Positions 18,950 to 29,983 of a stretch of DNA of 64,000 nucleotides are shown piece after piece. The notes below the pieces were generated by a model. The model worked only from the letters and a program-made list of their open reading frames with translations, did not search any database and was not told the DNA's origin. Where the stretch lies: NCBI GenBank assembly GCA_965203515.1, contig OZ241907.1, positions 1,312,001 through 1,376,000 of the forward strand, written 5' to 3'. Source of the DNA: Spirochaetia bacterium. Its GTDB lineage: Bacteria > Spirochaetota > Spirochaetia > SZUA-6 > Bin103. Made by a program: the position numbers and the translations under genes. Each line of letters starts with the position of its first letter. The stretch's first letter is position 1.

Positions 18950-19076
18950 GTGGCGTGACCGGCGCCCTGCCGGACCTTGCGGCTCCCGACAAGAGCGCGT
19001 TCGACGCGCCGATCCTGCCACGGTTCCGGCGCCGGTGCAACACTCCCCGTGATATGCTCCCGGGCGGAGGTGAGCC

Positions 19077-19877
19077 ATGGAACGGGTCGAGCGACTGCTC
19101 AACGAGCTGTACATCAACGGATTCGCGGTGATGGAGGACGCCATCCCCATCCCCGTGATCGAGCGCATCCACGCGGCGTTCCTGCCGATGCTGGATCACG
19201 TCAGGCGCCGCGAGCAGGAGCTGGGTCATCCCGAACGGGGCGACATCCGCATCGGCTGCGGCCGCCTGCAGCACCCCAACCGCTACACCATGCAGTGGCC
19301 GTGGGAGGACGGACTGGCCTGTCCGGAGATCGCCGAGCACCCCACCCTGCTGGCGCTGCTGGAGGCGTACTGGCAGACCGACGACTTCCAGGTGACGTGT
19401 CTGCACTCCAACAACCCCTACCCCGGCTCGGTCCATCAGAACTGGCATCGCGACATCCAGCTCATGGCCCCGCACACGGCGATGGCGCGGGTGCCGCACT
19501 TCGGCGTCAAGTTCCCGCTGGTCGACACCGGCGTGGAGAACGGCAGCTTCGAGGTGTTGCCGTCGACGCAGTTCCTGGCCGACCCGAAGCTCGAAGGCGA
19601 CTATGACGACATCATCGAGGGCGGCTCGTACCCGCACCGGACGCGGGTCAACATGAAGCGCGGCACCCTGTGGGTGCAGGACCCGCGCGCGCTCCACCGC
19701 GGCACCCCGAATCGATCCGAGGCGCCGAGGCCGGAGCTGGTGATCTGCTATTCGCTGCGCTGGGCGGCGCCGCTCATGACGCGGCCGCTCTGGGTCGGCT
19801 CGCGCGAGTTCGAGGAGCTCTCCGAGCGCGGCCGCAAGCTGTTCGAACGGGCGACGATCCTGCCCGATCCGGCGTAG
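19077..19877 (+). CDS. Phytanoyl-CoA dioxygenase family protein
   Basis: QNWHRD, ENGSFEVLP, ALHRGTPN. Confidence 0.88.
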   Translation: MERVERLLNELYINGFAVMEDAIPIPVIERIHAAFLPMLDHVRRREQELGHPERGDIRIGCGRLQHPNRYTMQWPWEDGLACPEIAEHPTLLALLEAYWQTDDFQVTCLHSNNPYPGSVHQNWHRDIQLMAPHTAMARVPHFGVKFPLVDTGVENGSFEVLPSTQFLADPKLEGDYDDIIEGGSYPHRTRVNMKRGTLWVQDPRALHRGTPNRSEAPRPELVICYSLRWAAPLMTRPLWVGSREFEELSERGRKLFERATILPDPA

Positions 19878-19893
19878 CGCTCGCTTCGCGCGG

Positions 19894-21396
19894 TCAGAAC
19901 GGCGGCCGTTGGCCCGGACGGCTGGCGGAGCGGATGAGGGCGACCCGGTCCTGGTGGGCGCGCACCTGCGCGTCGACGGCCGCCGCGTCCCAGCGGGCGA
20001 GCAGCGCGCCGCGCAACTCGGCTTCGATCTCCCCCGCCGCCGGATCGCCGGCGCGGTTGCGGAACTCGCCCGGATCCTGCCGCAGGTCGTACAGCTCCAC
20101 CTCGGGGTCGTCGCCGCCCGACATGCAGAGCTTCCACGGGCCGCGGCGCAACATGGCGCGCGGCCGGTCGGTGCCGTGCGAGGTCTGCTCCGCGAACGCC
20201 TCGTCCGGCCAGGCGCCGACCGCTTCGGCCGAGCCGTCGATCAGGCCGGCGAGGCTGCGGCCGTCCAGCCCCAGCCCCGGCCGCGCCGCCCCGGCGGCAT
20301 CGACCAGCGTGGCCGTGACGTCGACCAGCGAGGCGCACGCCGCGATCCGCTCGCCGGCGACGCCGCGCCCCGGCCAGCGGATCTGCAGCGGCACGCGGGC
20401 CGACTGCTCGTAGAACGACATCTTGCGCCAGAGCCCGTGCTCGCCGAGCAGCTCCCCGTGGTCGCTGGTGTGGATCACGATCGTATTCTCGGCGAGTCCG
20501 GTCCGGTCCAGGACGTCGAGCAGCGCGCCGAGCTTGTCGTCGGCGTAGCTCACCAGCCCGTAATAGGCCGCCCGCGCGCGGCGCACCTGATCGTCGGCGT
20601 GGCCGTGGAACCCGAAGGCGCGGCGCAGGCGCCGCGCGGCCGGCGGCAGCGCCTGCAGATGGCCGGGCGGCAGGTCGGGCAGGTCGGCGTGATCCGGGAA
20701 GTAGCGCGAGAACCAGGGCTCCGGCACCACGAACGGATAGTGCGGCGCGATCAGTCCCACGCACAGGGCGAACGGCGCGTCGGCGCGGTCGCGCCCGCGC
20801 AGGAAGTCGATCGCCCGCTCCACCGCCAAGTCGTCGGCTTCGATCTCGGGCGTGGTCCCCGGCCCGGTCTCGACGACCCGCTCCATCGGCGCGTCGGCGC
20901 CGGCCTCCGCTCCGAAGCGGCGGCCGTGCTCCGGCACCCGCGAGCCGGTGCGCGTCACGCCGGCCCACGGCTCGGCCGCTTCCGGGATGCCCTCCGCCCA
21001 GCGGTAGACCGGGTGGACCAGATCGGCATGCAGATCGACGGCGAGCTGGCGCTCGAAGCCGTGCAGCCGGTCCGGCCCGATGAGATGCATCTTGCCGGAC
21101 AGCACCGCCTCATAGCCCTGCGCGCGCAGCAGATACGGCCACGTGACCGCGTCGACCGGCAGCGCCGCGGCGTTGTCCCAGCCGCCGCAGCGGTGCGTGT
21201 AGCGCCCGGTCATGAACGACAGCCGCGACGGAACGCACAACGGGTTGTTGCAGTAGGCGGCATCGAACGTGACCCCCTCCCGGGCCAGCCGGTCCATGGC
21301 CGGCGTGGCGATGAACGGATGGCCGTAGGCGCCGGCAAACTGCGCCCCGTGCTCGTCGGTCATGACGAGCAGGATGTTCGGCCGCGGGGCGGTCAC
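19894..21396 (-). CDS. Sulfatase (choline-sulfatase-like)
   Basis: RPNILLVMTDEH, LCVPSR.SFMTG, GKMH, SDHG. Confidence 0.92.
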   Translation of the reverse strand: MTAPRPNILLVMTDEHGAQFAGAYGHPFIATPAMDRLAREGVTFDAAYCNNPLCVPSRLSFMTGRYTHRCGGWDNAAALPVDAVTWPYLLRAQGYEAVLSGKMHLIGPDRLHGFERQLAVDLHADLVHPVYRWAEGIPEAAEPWAGVTRTGSRVPEHGRRFGAEAGADAPMERVVETGPGTTPEIEADDLAVERAIDFLRGRDRADAPFALCVGLIAPHYPFVVPEPWFSRYFPDHADLPDLPPGHLQALPPAARRLRRAFGFHGHADDQVRRARAAYYGLVSYADDKLGALLDVLDRTGLAENTIVIHTSDHGELLGEHGLWRKMSFYEQSARVPLQIRWPGRGVAGERIAACASLVDVTATLVDAAGAARPGLGLDGRSLAGLIDGSAEAVGAWPDEAFAEQTSHGTDRPRAMLRRGPWKLCMSGGDDPEVELYDLRQDPGEFRNRAGDPAAGEIEAELRGALLARWDAAAVDAQVRAHQDRVALIRSASRPGQRPPF

Positions 21397-22130
21397 GGCT
21401 TGCCGCCGGCGACGCGGATGTTGGCGCAGGAGACGAAGCCGGCTGCCGGCGACAGCAGCCAGACGATCGCCTCGGCCACCTCTTCCGGTTCGCCGGCGCG
21501 TCCGGCCGGTACGACGCGCGTCGCGCGCTCCAGCGCTTCCGGACGGGGCATCGCCGTGCGGATCGGGCCGGGGCTCACGGCGTTGACGCGCACGCCTTCG
21601 GCCATCACCTCCTGAGCCACGCCGGTGGTGAAGCTGTTGAGAGCGCCCTTGGTGACCGCGTAATGGACGGCGGTCCCCGGTTCGCCGACGTACGCGGCGC
21701 CGGACGAGACGTTGACGATCGCGCCGCCCGTGCCGCCGTTCACGATCGACATGCGCCGCAGCGCCTGCTGCGTGCAGTGGACGACGCCCATGACGTTGAC
21801 CGCCAGCAGCCGCTCCAGGTCGGCGGGGTTCAGGTCGGCCACCCGCGCGCTCGGCCCCAGCATGGCGGCGTTGTTGACCAAGGCCGTGACCGTTCCCAGC
21901 TCCCGGTCCACGGCGGCGAACAGGCGCGCCACGTCGTCCGCGCTGCTCACGTCGGCATAGACCGCGATCGCCCGGCCGCCGGCGGCCTCGATCTCCGCGC
22001 ACAGCGCGCGCGCCCGCTCCGGCTCGGTGCGATAGTTCACGCAGACGCGGTAGCCGCGCGCGGCCAGCAGGCGCGCGGTCGCCGCGCCGATCCCGCGGCT
22101 GGCTCCGGTCACGATGGCGACTTCATCCAC
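21393..22130 (-). CDS. SDR family oxidoreductase
   Basis: TGASRGIG, NNA, YAVTK. Confidence 0.92.
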   Translation of the reverse strand: MDEVAIVTGASRGIGAATARLLAARGYRVCVNYRTEPERARALCAEIEAAGGRAIAVYADVSSADDVARLFAAVDRELGTVTALVNNAAMLGPSARVADLNPADLERLLAVNVMGVVHCTQQALRRMSIVNGGTGGAIVNVSSGAAYVGEPGTAVHYAVTKGALNSFTTGVAQEVMAEGVRVNAVSPGPIRTAMPRPEALERATRVVPAGRAGEPEEVAEAIVWLLSPAAGFVSCANIRVAGGKP

Positions 22131-23901
22131 GCTGCAAACCTCCGTTCGGTGATAGAGTGCCGCTGACCTCGATCGTGATGTCGTCCACGTAGAAGCCGCC
22201 GGCATCGCCGAGCGCCACGACGATGGAAGCGAACGCGGCGTGGCGCCGGTAGGTGTCGTCGGGCACTACCGCGGCCCAGGGAGCGGGGCGCCCGGCGCGG
22301 GCGCCGGCGGCTGCGGGCCGGGTGGCGATCTCGACCCGGCCCGCAGCGAGGCGGATGGTGGTGCGCCACCAGTCATCGCCGACCCGGATGCCGGACCGAT
22401 ACGGAACGCTGCGGTTGTCCCGAGCCCACAGCTCCTCGTACACCGAATCGCTGCGCAGTTCAACGATCGTGTCGGCATCCTGGTCGGCCAGGCGAAGGAT
22501 CGCCACGCGCTGCCGCCCCCGATGGGTCACGGTCATCTCCACGACTTCGCGCTCCAGGTCGTACGGCCCGACGTCGCGCCGCACCACCTCCTCCAGGCCG
22601 CCGACGTTGCGCGATCCGGTCATGCGCTCGCCATCGATCACGACGTTGTTGCCCAGCGGCCCGTAGTCGACGCGCTCCAGCCATTCGGTAGTGCCCCACA
22701 GTGCCGGGATCTGCCGCACCCATCCGGCCTGGCCGGCCAGCTTGCCGCGCCGGTAGGGGGGCGCCGCGAAGTCGATGGTCAGACGCCGCTGCGGCCGGAA
22801 CAGCTCGTCGCGGCTCAGCCGGTAGCCGCGGATCTGCGGCCGGTCGACCGGGGCGGTATCCACGACGTAGTTGACCACGTAGACGTCGCCTCCCGGCAAC
22901 TCGACCCAGTCGCCGTAGCCCTGGTCAGCATAGGGGCTGGTATCGTTGTCGATCATGCCCCAGCTCGCCGCGGGCGGGTCCGTCCGCGCCGCCGGCCGGT
23001 TCGGAATGGCGGCCAGGGCGGTGTCCGGGCGCTCCACGAAGAAGCCGAACCAGTGCTGGGGATTGAATCCCCCGACGCGATGGACCACCAACACCTCCCC
23101 GCTGGAGAGCAGCCCGGCGTTGACACGGCCGTTGATCGGCCAGTACCCGGCGGCGTACGGGCCCTCCCAGCTTCTGCCCCCGTCGCGGGAGATCGCCTTC
23201 ATGCCGGTACCCGCGGGGTTGTCGTCGCTACGGATGTACATCACGAGTTCGCCGCCGGGCATCTCCACCACGTCCCCCTCGGCGCTGGTGAAGTGGCGGT
23301 CGGCGACCACCGGGATCGCCTCCGACCACGTGCGCCCCGCGTCCTCGGAGCGATAGAGCACCTGCACGTTCTCCAGGCCGGCAACGTGGAAGTGGGAGCC
23401 GGAGAGGAATACGGTGCCGTCGCTCACCTGCTTCAGGTTGAGACTGGCCGTGATGCAGCCGGTGCGCTCAGGCCCGCTCCAGGTCGCCCCGTGATCGGTG
23501 CTGCGGTACAGCCACGCTTCCCGGAGCACGCCGTTGGCCGGATCGAAGCTCCAGTCCCAGGGCAGCCCGCGATGCGCGTACCAGCGCTCGGACGGGCCCC
23601 GCAGCGTGTCGGTCTTGTTCCAGTCGACCCCAAGCAGCAGCGAGTCGTCGTGCAGCCTGATGATCGATCGGCACATCAGGTACCCGGACTCGGGGCGGTC
23701 CATCAGCGTGTCGACCACGATCGGCTCGGACCAGGTGGCGCCCTCGTCCTCGCTCAGACGCACCACCGCGCTGGGCACCGCGCCGCCCCCGTGCCGGTCG
23801 GCCTCGGCGTAGCAGCAGACCAGCGCGCCGTTGGCGGCCATGCAGATGCCGGGCCACGCTTCGTGGTAGCGGTCGTCGCGTGACACGGTGAATCGTTGCA
23901 T
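22123..23901 (-). CDS. Sialidase-like (BNR/Asp-box) protein with extra C-terminal domain
   Basis: Asp boxes SEDEGATW, STDHGATW, SEDAGRTW, SRDGGRSW. Confidence 0.8.
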   Translation of the reverse strand: MQRFTVSRDDRYHEAWPGICMAANGALVCCYAEADRHGGGAVPSAVVRLSEDEGATWSEPIVVDTLMDRPESGYLMCRSIIRLHDDSLLLGVDWNKTDTLRGPSERWYAHRGLPWDWSFDPANGVLREAWLYRSTDHGATWSGPERTGCITASLNLKQVSDGTVFLSGSHFHVAGLENVQVLYRSEDAGRTWSEAIPVVADRHFTSAEGDVVEMPGGELVMYIRSDDNPAGTGMKAISRDGGRSWEGPYAAGYWPINGRVNAGLLSSGEVLVVHRVGGFNPQHWFGFFVERPDTALAAIPNRPAARTDPPAASWGMIDNDTSPYADQGYGDWVELPGGDVYVVNYVVDTAPVDRPQIRGYRLSRDELFRPQRRLTIDFAAPPYRRGKLAGQAGWVRQIPALWGTTEWLERVDYGPLGNNVVIDGERMTGSRNVGGLEEVVRRDVGPYDLEREVVEMTVTHRGRQRVAILRLADQDADTIVELRSDSVYEELWARDNRSVPYRSGIRVGDDWWRTTIRLAAGRVEIATRPAAAGARAGRPAPWAAVVPDDTYRRHAAFASIVVALGDAGGFYVDDITIEVSGTLSPNGGLQRG

Positions 23902-24004
23902 CGCCCCTCCCCTGCGTTCGCGTCGCTCGAACGCCCCGATACTACCGCTTCCAGTCCTCGGGTGTGTACCATCGCGCGGCGCCATCCGCTATCGTTTGCT
24001 GACG

Positions 24005-25777
24005 ATGCCGCATCTCGACCTCTACGCCGACCGGTGGCTGCGCAGCAGCCCCACGTATCTGCACGCCATGGACCGGTGCACGCCGCGGTCCGCGCTGGCC
24101 GCGGACGCCGCCCGCGGCCGTTGGCGCCTGCTCCCGTACCGCAGCCGGGCGGTGTCCGGCACCGCCATCGTCGCCGGTCAGGAGACCGAAGCGCCGCCGG
24201 TGCGGCTGGCCGTGAACGCCCGCGGCTGGCATGCCGTCTCCATCGGCGTGTGGCGGCTGAAATCCTGGTACTTCGGGTTCCACGACGACGCCGGACCGGC
24301 GCAGCTACTGGTCCGCTGCGCCGGTGAACCGACCTGGTCGATCATGCATCTGCCGACGCTGCCGCCGCCGCGCGATCCGATCGCCGACTGGGACCGACAC
24401 ACCGGCGGTGAGGAGTTGACCGAGTGCTTCTGGCGGATCGCCGAGCTGCGCGGCGCCGACCTGGAGTTCGGGCAGGCGCGATGGCTGGAAACCTCCCGTG
24501 ACGGGGAGGAGCGCGCGCGCTGCGCGATCGCCAGCGTCGCCTACGTGAAGCTGGTACCGCTCACCGATGCCGAGGTGCGCCGCTTCACGACGGAGCGCAC
24601 GGCCCCGCGGCTTGCCCTGTTCGGCCATAACGACGTGGCCCTGACCCGTTCCAACACAGCGGAGGAGCTGCGCCGGCACGTCACCGGCTATGCCGATACC
24701 GACTTCACGCGCATCTATTGGGAAGGCGCGATGGGCGATCTCGCCTACTACTTCGAGACGCGCTTTCGCACGCCCGAGGCGCCGGGCCGCGCGGACTTCC
24801 TGCACGCCTCGGCACGCGACGAGGCGGCCTGCTTCCGGCGCTGGCGCGCTGCCGGCAACGACCCCATGCGCGTGGCCGGCGAACAGACGCACGCCATCGG
24901 CCTGGAGTTCCACGCGTGCCACCGGCTCGGTGGCTTTCACCTGCCGCCGCCGCATGATTACTACAACCACGGCGATACGCTGTACGACCGCCATCCGGAG
25001 TGGCGGGGGCGCGACCGCTCCGGCAATCCCAGCCCGTTGCTGTCGTTCTCATACCCGGAGGTACGCGGGCACGTGGTGGAGATGTTCCGGGAGATGACCG
25101 CCTATGAGATCGACGGCATCTGCCTGCTCTACAACCGGCGTCACCCGATCGTGGAGTACGAGCCGCCGCTGATCGACGGCTTTCGCGAACAGCACGGCGC
25201 GGACCCCCGAAAGCTCGATCCGGCCGATCCGACGTGGCTGCGCTATCGCGCGGGCGTGCTTACGACCTTCATGCGCGAGCTCCGCACGGCGATCGACCTG
25301 CCGGTCACGGCCATCGTCATGAGCGGCGAGGCGGAGAACCTCGCCAACGGCCTCGACCCGCAGGCGTGGTTGGCCGCCGGCCTGGTCGACACCCTGGTAC
25401 CGTTCACCGACCTGCCGGAGCTCAACATGACCGCGCGCCCCTGGCGCGACCCGAGCGCGCTCGCACCGTACGCGCGCCTCACCGCCAGCACCGACTGCCT
25501 GCTGGCGCCGTGCATCGATCATGCGGACATGGATCCGGCAGCGCTGCGGCGGACCGCCGCTGGTCTGGCCGGACAGGGAGCGGACGCGCTGTTCTTCTGG
25601 AACGGGATGGTGGAGCCGCTGATCCATTACGGCCCCGCGTGGACGGCGGCGCGGGACCTGGGGCGCGTCGATGAGATCGCCGCCTGGCAGCGCGCCGGCG
25701 AGCCGTCGCTGGCAGCGCCGGTGATCGAGCTTCAGAGCCTCGGCGACTGGGATTGCCGCTACGTGACGCCAGCGTGA
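24005..25777 (+). CDS. GHL10-like (family 10 glycosylhydrolase-like) TIM-barrel protein
   Basis: HPEW, LSFSYPEVR, YEIDGICL, LTTFMRELR, D..AWL..GLVD. Confidence 0.7.
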   Translation: MPHLDLYADRWLRSSPTYLHAMDRCTPRSALAADAARGRWRLLPYRSRAVSGTAIVAGQETEAPPVRLAVNARGWHAVSIGVWRLKSWYFGFHDDAGPAQLLVRCAGEPTWSIMHLPTLPPPRDPIADWDRHTGGEELTECFWRIAELRGADLEFGQARWLETSRDGEERARCAIASVAYVKLVPLTDAEVRRFTTERTAPRLALFGHNDVALTRSNTAEELRRHVTGYADTDFTRIYWEGAMGDLAYYFETRFRTPEAPGRADFLHASARDEAACFRRWRAAGNDPMRVAGEQTHAIGLEFHACHRLGGFHLPPPHDYYNHGDTLYDRHPEWRGRDRSGNPSPLLSFSYPEVRGHVVEMFREMTAYEIDGICLLYNRRHPIVEYEPPLIDGFREQHGADPRKLDPADPTWLRYRAGVLTTFMRELRTAIDLPVTAIVMSGEAENLANGLDPQAWLAAGLVDTLVPFTDLPELNMTARPWRDPSALAPYARLTASTDCLLAPCIDHADMDPAALRRTAAGLAGQGADALFFWNGMVEPLIHYGPAWTAARDLGRVDEIAAWQRAGEPSLAAPVIELQSLGDWDCRYVTPA

Positions 25778-25865
25778 CCACGCCAAACGTCCCAGAGTCC
25801 CCCTCGTCTGTGATCGCCGGTGAGCGCGGCGCTGCGAGTCGCCGCCGCTCACCGGCCCGGGCGTC

Positions 25866-27812
25866 CTATCCCTTGATGAACCAGGCGCTGCGCTGGGCGG
25901 GAATGATCTCTCCCGGCATCGGCTCGGGAACATTGCCGATCCGGTCGTTCTGCACGTAGCTGAACGACGTCTCCGCATCCCACTCCAGAATGCCGAGCTC
26001 CCAGAGATTGTCGGTGTGGATCTTGAACGCCTCATCGTACAGATCGAGCTGCTTCTGCGGATCCGGCTCCGCGTAGATCTCGTTCTGGATCTCCCTGAGC
26101 CGCTTGACGTCGGCCGGCGGCTCGACCCCCGACTCGCCGTTGGTGTTGAGCCAGCTCGACCACTCGGGCTCGGTCTCGAAGTTGCCGGCAAACAGGTTGG
26201 GGCTCATGATCGGCACCATGGGCGGGCCGACGTAGTAGCCGACGCGCAGGCGCAGGTCGGTCTCGTCCGACTCGTTGATCGCCGCGTAGGCGGCGTCATC
26301 GAGCGCCTTGACCGCCAGATTGATGCCCACTTCGGCCCAGTAGCCCCTGACCAGCTCACCGATATCGGGATTCTCCGGCGGCCATGAAGGGTGGTACAGA
26401 ATGAACTGCAGGGCGTTGCCGTCCGGACCGAGACGGAAGCCGTCGCGGCCGCGGGCGGCCAGACCGATCTCGTCGAGCATCCGATTGGCCGTCTCCGGGT
26501 CATATTCGATGAACTGCTTGAACATGTCCCGCTCGCCGTGAAAGGGCGGTCCCGAGTTGGGCGCGAGCTGACTCGGAGCGTAGCGCCCGCCGAACAGCAG
26601 ACCGTTGATCTCGTCCCGATCGATCGCATGCGACAACGCCACGCGGAAGTCCTTGTCGGCGTAGAGCGCGGCCTTTACCGGATCGGCCGTGGTGTGATTG
26701 AAGTAGAGCGCCGAATGGTTGCGCCACCAGGTGAAGGACTTCACGGTGTAGCCGCCGCGCGACTCGTTCTCCTTCAGGAAGGTGAAGTTCTTGCCGGGGT
26801 CCAGGAACGATCCGATGACCACGTCCTCCTCGCCGGCGACCACCTTGAGCAGCCACGCCTCCGTATCGGAGATCAGCGGGCGCTCGACGCGGTCGATGTA
26901 GGGCAACTGATTGCCTTCGGGATCGACCTTCCAATAGTACGGGTTGCGCACCGCCGTCTGCACCGGAGCGGTCTTGGGGTCCTGGAACAGCCAGGGCGCC
27001 AGCGTGGGGCAGGCCGGGTCGTTCACGCCGTTCGACGGGTGGCCGACGCAGTCCTTGCTCTGGTACAATTCGGGCCAGCTCGCGAACCCCTCGGACCTCA
27101 CCAGCTCGTCCAGTTCGGCGCGGTCGGCGTAGGTCGGGTGAAACTGACTCAGGTAGTGCTTGGGCGCGTATTGGGGCACGAAATACATCCACCACGTCCC
27201 GATCATGTCGACGAACGGGCTGTTGGGCTGGCTGAACGAGAAGGTCACGGTCTCATCGTCGACGCGGCGCACGATCAGCAGCTCGTTGTTCCGCGTGAAG
27301 TAGCTGATCGGTTCGGGCGTCAGTTCCTTGTTGCTGATCAGGTCCTCGTACCAGAACATGATGTCGTCGACGCCGAACGGCTCGCCGTCGCTCCAGCGCA
27401 TGCCGCGCCGCAGCTTGAAGGTGATGGTGGTGCCGTCGGCCGACACGCTGAACTCCCTGGCGACGTTCGGCAGCGTGCTCAGGAGATCCGGGGAAACGAT
27501 GGTGAGCGGCTCCTTGGTCATGACCCACGCCAGCCAGTCGGACGAATCGAGATCGCGCACCTGCTGCAGCGCTCCGCCATAGGAGCCGATCTCCTCCACT
27601 TCGAGCACGCGCGGCGACTCGGGCAGACGCTGCTCGATCGGCGGCAGCTCGCCGCTGACTACCAGGGCGGCCAGCATCGGCGCCTCCCCGTACCGGCCGG
27701 TGCGCACCGGCGCGCCGCTGCTGCCGGCGGTATCTTCGTCCATCTCGCCACTGGCAAAGCCCAGGGTCGATAGCAGGGACAGCGCGAGAACGAGTGAACA
27801 GGTCTTTCTCAT
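25866..27812 (-). CDS. ABC transporter substrate-binding protein (family 5)
   Basis: EAPMLA..V..GELPPIEQRLP, RWSDGEPF, RNPYYWKVDPEGNQLPYID. Confidence 0.92.
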   Translation of the reverse strand: MRKTCSLVLALSLLSTLGFASGEMDEDTAGSSGAPVRTGRYGEAPMLAALVVSGELPPIEQRLPESPRVLEVEEIGSYGGALQQVRDLDSSDWLAWVMTKEPLTIVSPDLLSTLPNVAREFSVSADGTTITFKLRRGMRWSDGEPFGVDDIMFWYEDLISNKELTPEPISYFTRNNELLIVRRVDDETVTFSFSQPNSPFVDMIGTWWMYFVPQYAPKHYLSQFHPTYADRAELDELVRSEGFASWPELYQSKDCVGHPSNGVNDPACPTLAPWLFQDPKTAPVQTAVRNPYYWKVDPEGNQLPYIDRVERPLISDTEAWLLKVVAGEEDVVIGSFLDPGKNFTFLKENESRGGYTVKSFTWWRNHSALYFNHTTADPVKAALYADKDFRVALSHAIDRDEINGLLFGGRYAPSQLAPNSGPPFHGERDMFKQFIEYDPETANRMLDEIGLAARGRDGFRLGPDGNALQFILYHPSWPPENPDIGELVRGYWAEVGINLAVKALDDAAYAAINESDETDLRLRVGYYVGPPMVPIMSPNLFAGNFETEPEWSSWLNTNGESGVEPPADVKRLREIQNEIYAEPDPQKQLDLYDEAFKIHTDNLWELGILEWDAETSFSYVQNDRIGNVPEPMPGEIIPAQRSAWFIKG

Positions 27813-27908
27813 GGCTTACTCCTTGGCGGGACGTGAGGGCCGCCGTACCGGGTCCGTGAGCCGCTCGCCCGCCAGCGGCCCTCATCGTGACGATGCGGCC
27901 GTACCCTG

Positions 27909-28943
27909 TCAAACCACGCCGGACAGTTCGAGCTCCGCGGCAAAGTGGCAGGCCGCCAGATGGGGTTCTCCCCGGCCCGCGCCGACGTCCGCCAACGGCG
28001 GCTCCTGCTCCTTGCAGATCCGTTGCGCGAAGCGGCAGCGGGGATGGAAGTAGCAGCCGGACGGCGGAGCCGCCGGATCGGCGATGTCGCCGCCGAGCAG
28101 AACGCGATTCTTGCGATAGCGGGGATCGGGCTTCGGCACGGCCGAAAACAACGCCTCGGTATACGGATGCCGGGGCCTGGAGAACAGGTTCCGGGCGGTC
28201 GTCAGCTCCACGATCTTGCCGACGTACATCACGGCGATCCGTTCGCTGAAGTAGTCGACCACCGCCAGGTTGTGGGCGATGAACAGGTAGGCAAAGCGGT
28301 AGCGCTCCTGGAGCTCCTGCAGCAGCTCCAGGATCTGGGCCTGCACCGATACGTCCAGGGCGGACACCGGTTCGTCGGCGACGATGAACTCCGGCATGAG
28401 CGCAAGAGCCCGCGCAATGGCGATGCGCTGGCGCTGCCCCCCGCTGAACGCGTGCGGGTACCGCGTCATGTAGACCGGGTCCAGACGCACCATGCGCAGC
28501 AGCTCGGCCACCCGGTCCTCCAACTCGCGCCGGTTGCGGAGCGCACCGTGGATGACGAACGGCTCGGCGATCGTCTGGAAGACGGTCATGCGCGGATTGA
28601 GCGAGGAATACGGGTCCTGAAAGATCATGCCCATCCGGGTCATGACCGCCTTGAGCTCGCGCCGGTTCAGCGCGGTGAGGTCGACCGCGGCCTGGCCGTC
28701 GTGCGGATGGAAGAGCACCTCGCCGGAGGTCGGCTCCACCGCGCGCTGCACGCAGCGGCCGGTGGTCGTCTTGCCGCACCCGCTCTCGCCGACCAGGGCA
28801 AGCGTCTCTCCGGCATGGACCGTGAAGGTGACGTCATCGACCGCCTTGACGGTGCCGGTCACCTTGCGGCGGAGCCCGCGCGTCCGCGCGAAGTACTTCT
28901 TGAGGCGCCTGACCTCGACCAACGGCTTCCGGTCGGACATCAA
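27909..28943 (-). CDS. Opp/Dpp ABC ATP-binding protein (OppF-like)
   Basis: [24 protein letters not shown]. Confidence 0.93.
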   Translation of the reverse strand: MMSDRKPLVEVRRLKKYFARTRGLRRKVTGTVKAVDDVTFTVHAGETLALVGESGCGKTTTGRCVQRAVEPTSGEVLFHPHDGQAAVDLTALNRRELKAVMTRMGMIFQDPYSSLNPRMTVFQTIAEPFVIHGALRNRRELEDRVAELLRMVRLDPVYMTRYPHAFSGGQRQRIAIARALALMPEFIVADEPVSALDVSVQAQILELLQELQERYRFAYLFIAHNLAVVDYFSERIAVMYVGKIVELTTARNLFSRPRHPYTEALFSAVPKPDPRYRKNRVLLGGDIADPAAPPSGCYFHPRCRFAQRICKEQEPPLADVGAGRGEPHLAACHFAAELELSGVV

Positions 28944-29983
28944 CCGCCTCCTCCGTCCGCATCGTCATGGCCGCCGTACAGGTAGCAGGCGGTCACGTGC
29001 CCGGCGCCCACCCCGACCCGCGGCGGCGCGCTGCCGTCGCAGGTGCCGGGCATGAAATCGGGACAGCGCGGGTGGAACAGGCAGCCGCGCACGCGTTCGA
29101 CGTGCGTCGGCACCGCGCCCCGAATCGGCGTGAGCTGCTGGGCGGCCCCCGCTCCCAGCCTCGGCACCGAGCTGAGCAATCCGCGCGTATAGGGGTGTTT
29201 GGGCTGGTAGAAGATGTCGTCCACGGCGGCGGACTCCACCCCCTGGCCCAGGTACATGATCAGCACCGCGTCGGCCAGCTCGGCGATCACCGCCAAGTCG
29301 TGGGTGATGATGATCAGCGCCATCGCCAGCGCCTGCTGCAGGTCCCTGATCAGCTCGAGGACCTGCGCCTGTATCGTGACGTCGACCGCGGTGGTCGGCT
29401 CGTCGGCGATCAGCAGGCGCGGCCGGCATGACAGCGCCATGGCGATCATGGCGCGCTGGCGCATGCCGCCGCTGAGATTGAACGAGTAGGCGTCGATGAT
29501 CTGCGTCGGTTGCGGCATGCCGACCCTGGCCAGCATCTCGACCGCCTTGGCGCGCGCCTGCCGCCTGGTGACCTGCTGGTGCAGCATGATCGCTTCCATG
29601 ATCTGATTGCCGATGGTGTGCATGGCCGAGAACGAGGTCATCGGCTCCTGAAACACCATGGCGATCTCGGCGCCGCGAATCGCCCGGATGGCGCTGCCGT
29701 GCGGATCGAGCGTCACGAGGTCGACCGGCCCCTGGCTCGGCGAGTCGAACAGGATCGCGCCGTCCACGATCGCCCCGTTCTTGGGCACGATGCGCAGGAT
29801 CGACTGGGTCGTCACGCTCTTGCCGCAGCCGCTCTCTCCGGCGATGCCCAGCGTCTTGCCGGCAGCGAGGTCGAAGCTCAGGCCGTCCACCGCCTTGACC
29901 GTGCCCTGGCGCGAAAAGAAGTGGGTCTTCAGCCCTCGCACGCTGAGCAGGGCGGCGGCCGAGCGGGTCGCGCGGTCGGCCAT
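28940..29983 (-). CDS. Opp/Dpp ABC ATP-binding protein (OppD-like)
   Basis: [22 protein letters not shown]. Confidence 0.93.
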   Translation of the reverse strand: MADRATRSAAALLSVRGLKTHFFSRQGTVKAVDGLSFDLAAGKTLGIAGESGCGKSVTTQSILRIVPKNGAIVDGAILFDSPSQGPVDLVTLDPHGSAIRAIRGAEIAMVFQEPMTSFSAMHTIGNQIMEAIMLHQQVTRRQARAKAVEMLARVGMPQPTQIIDAYSFNLSGGMRQRAMIAMALSCRPRLLIADEPTTAVDVTIQAQVLELIRDLQQALAMALIIITHDLAVIAELADAVLIMYLGQGVESAAVDDIFYQPKHPYTRGLLSSVPRLGAGAAQQLTPIRGAVPTHVERVRGCLFHPRCPDFMPGTCDGSAPPRVGVGAGHVTACYLYGGHDDADGGGG

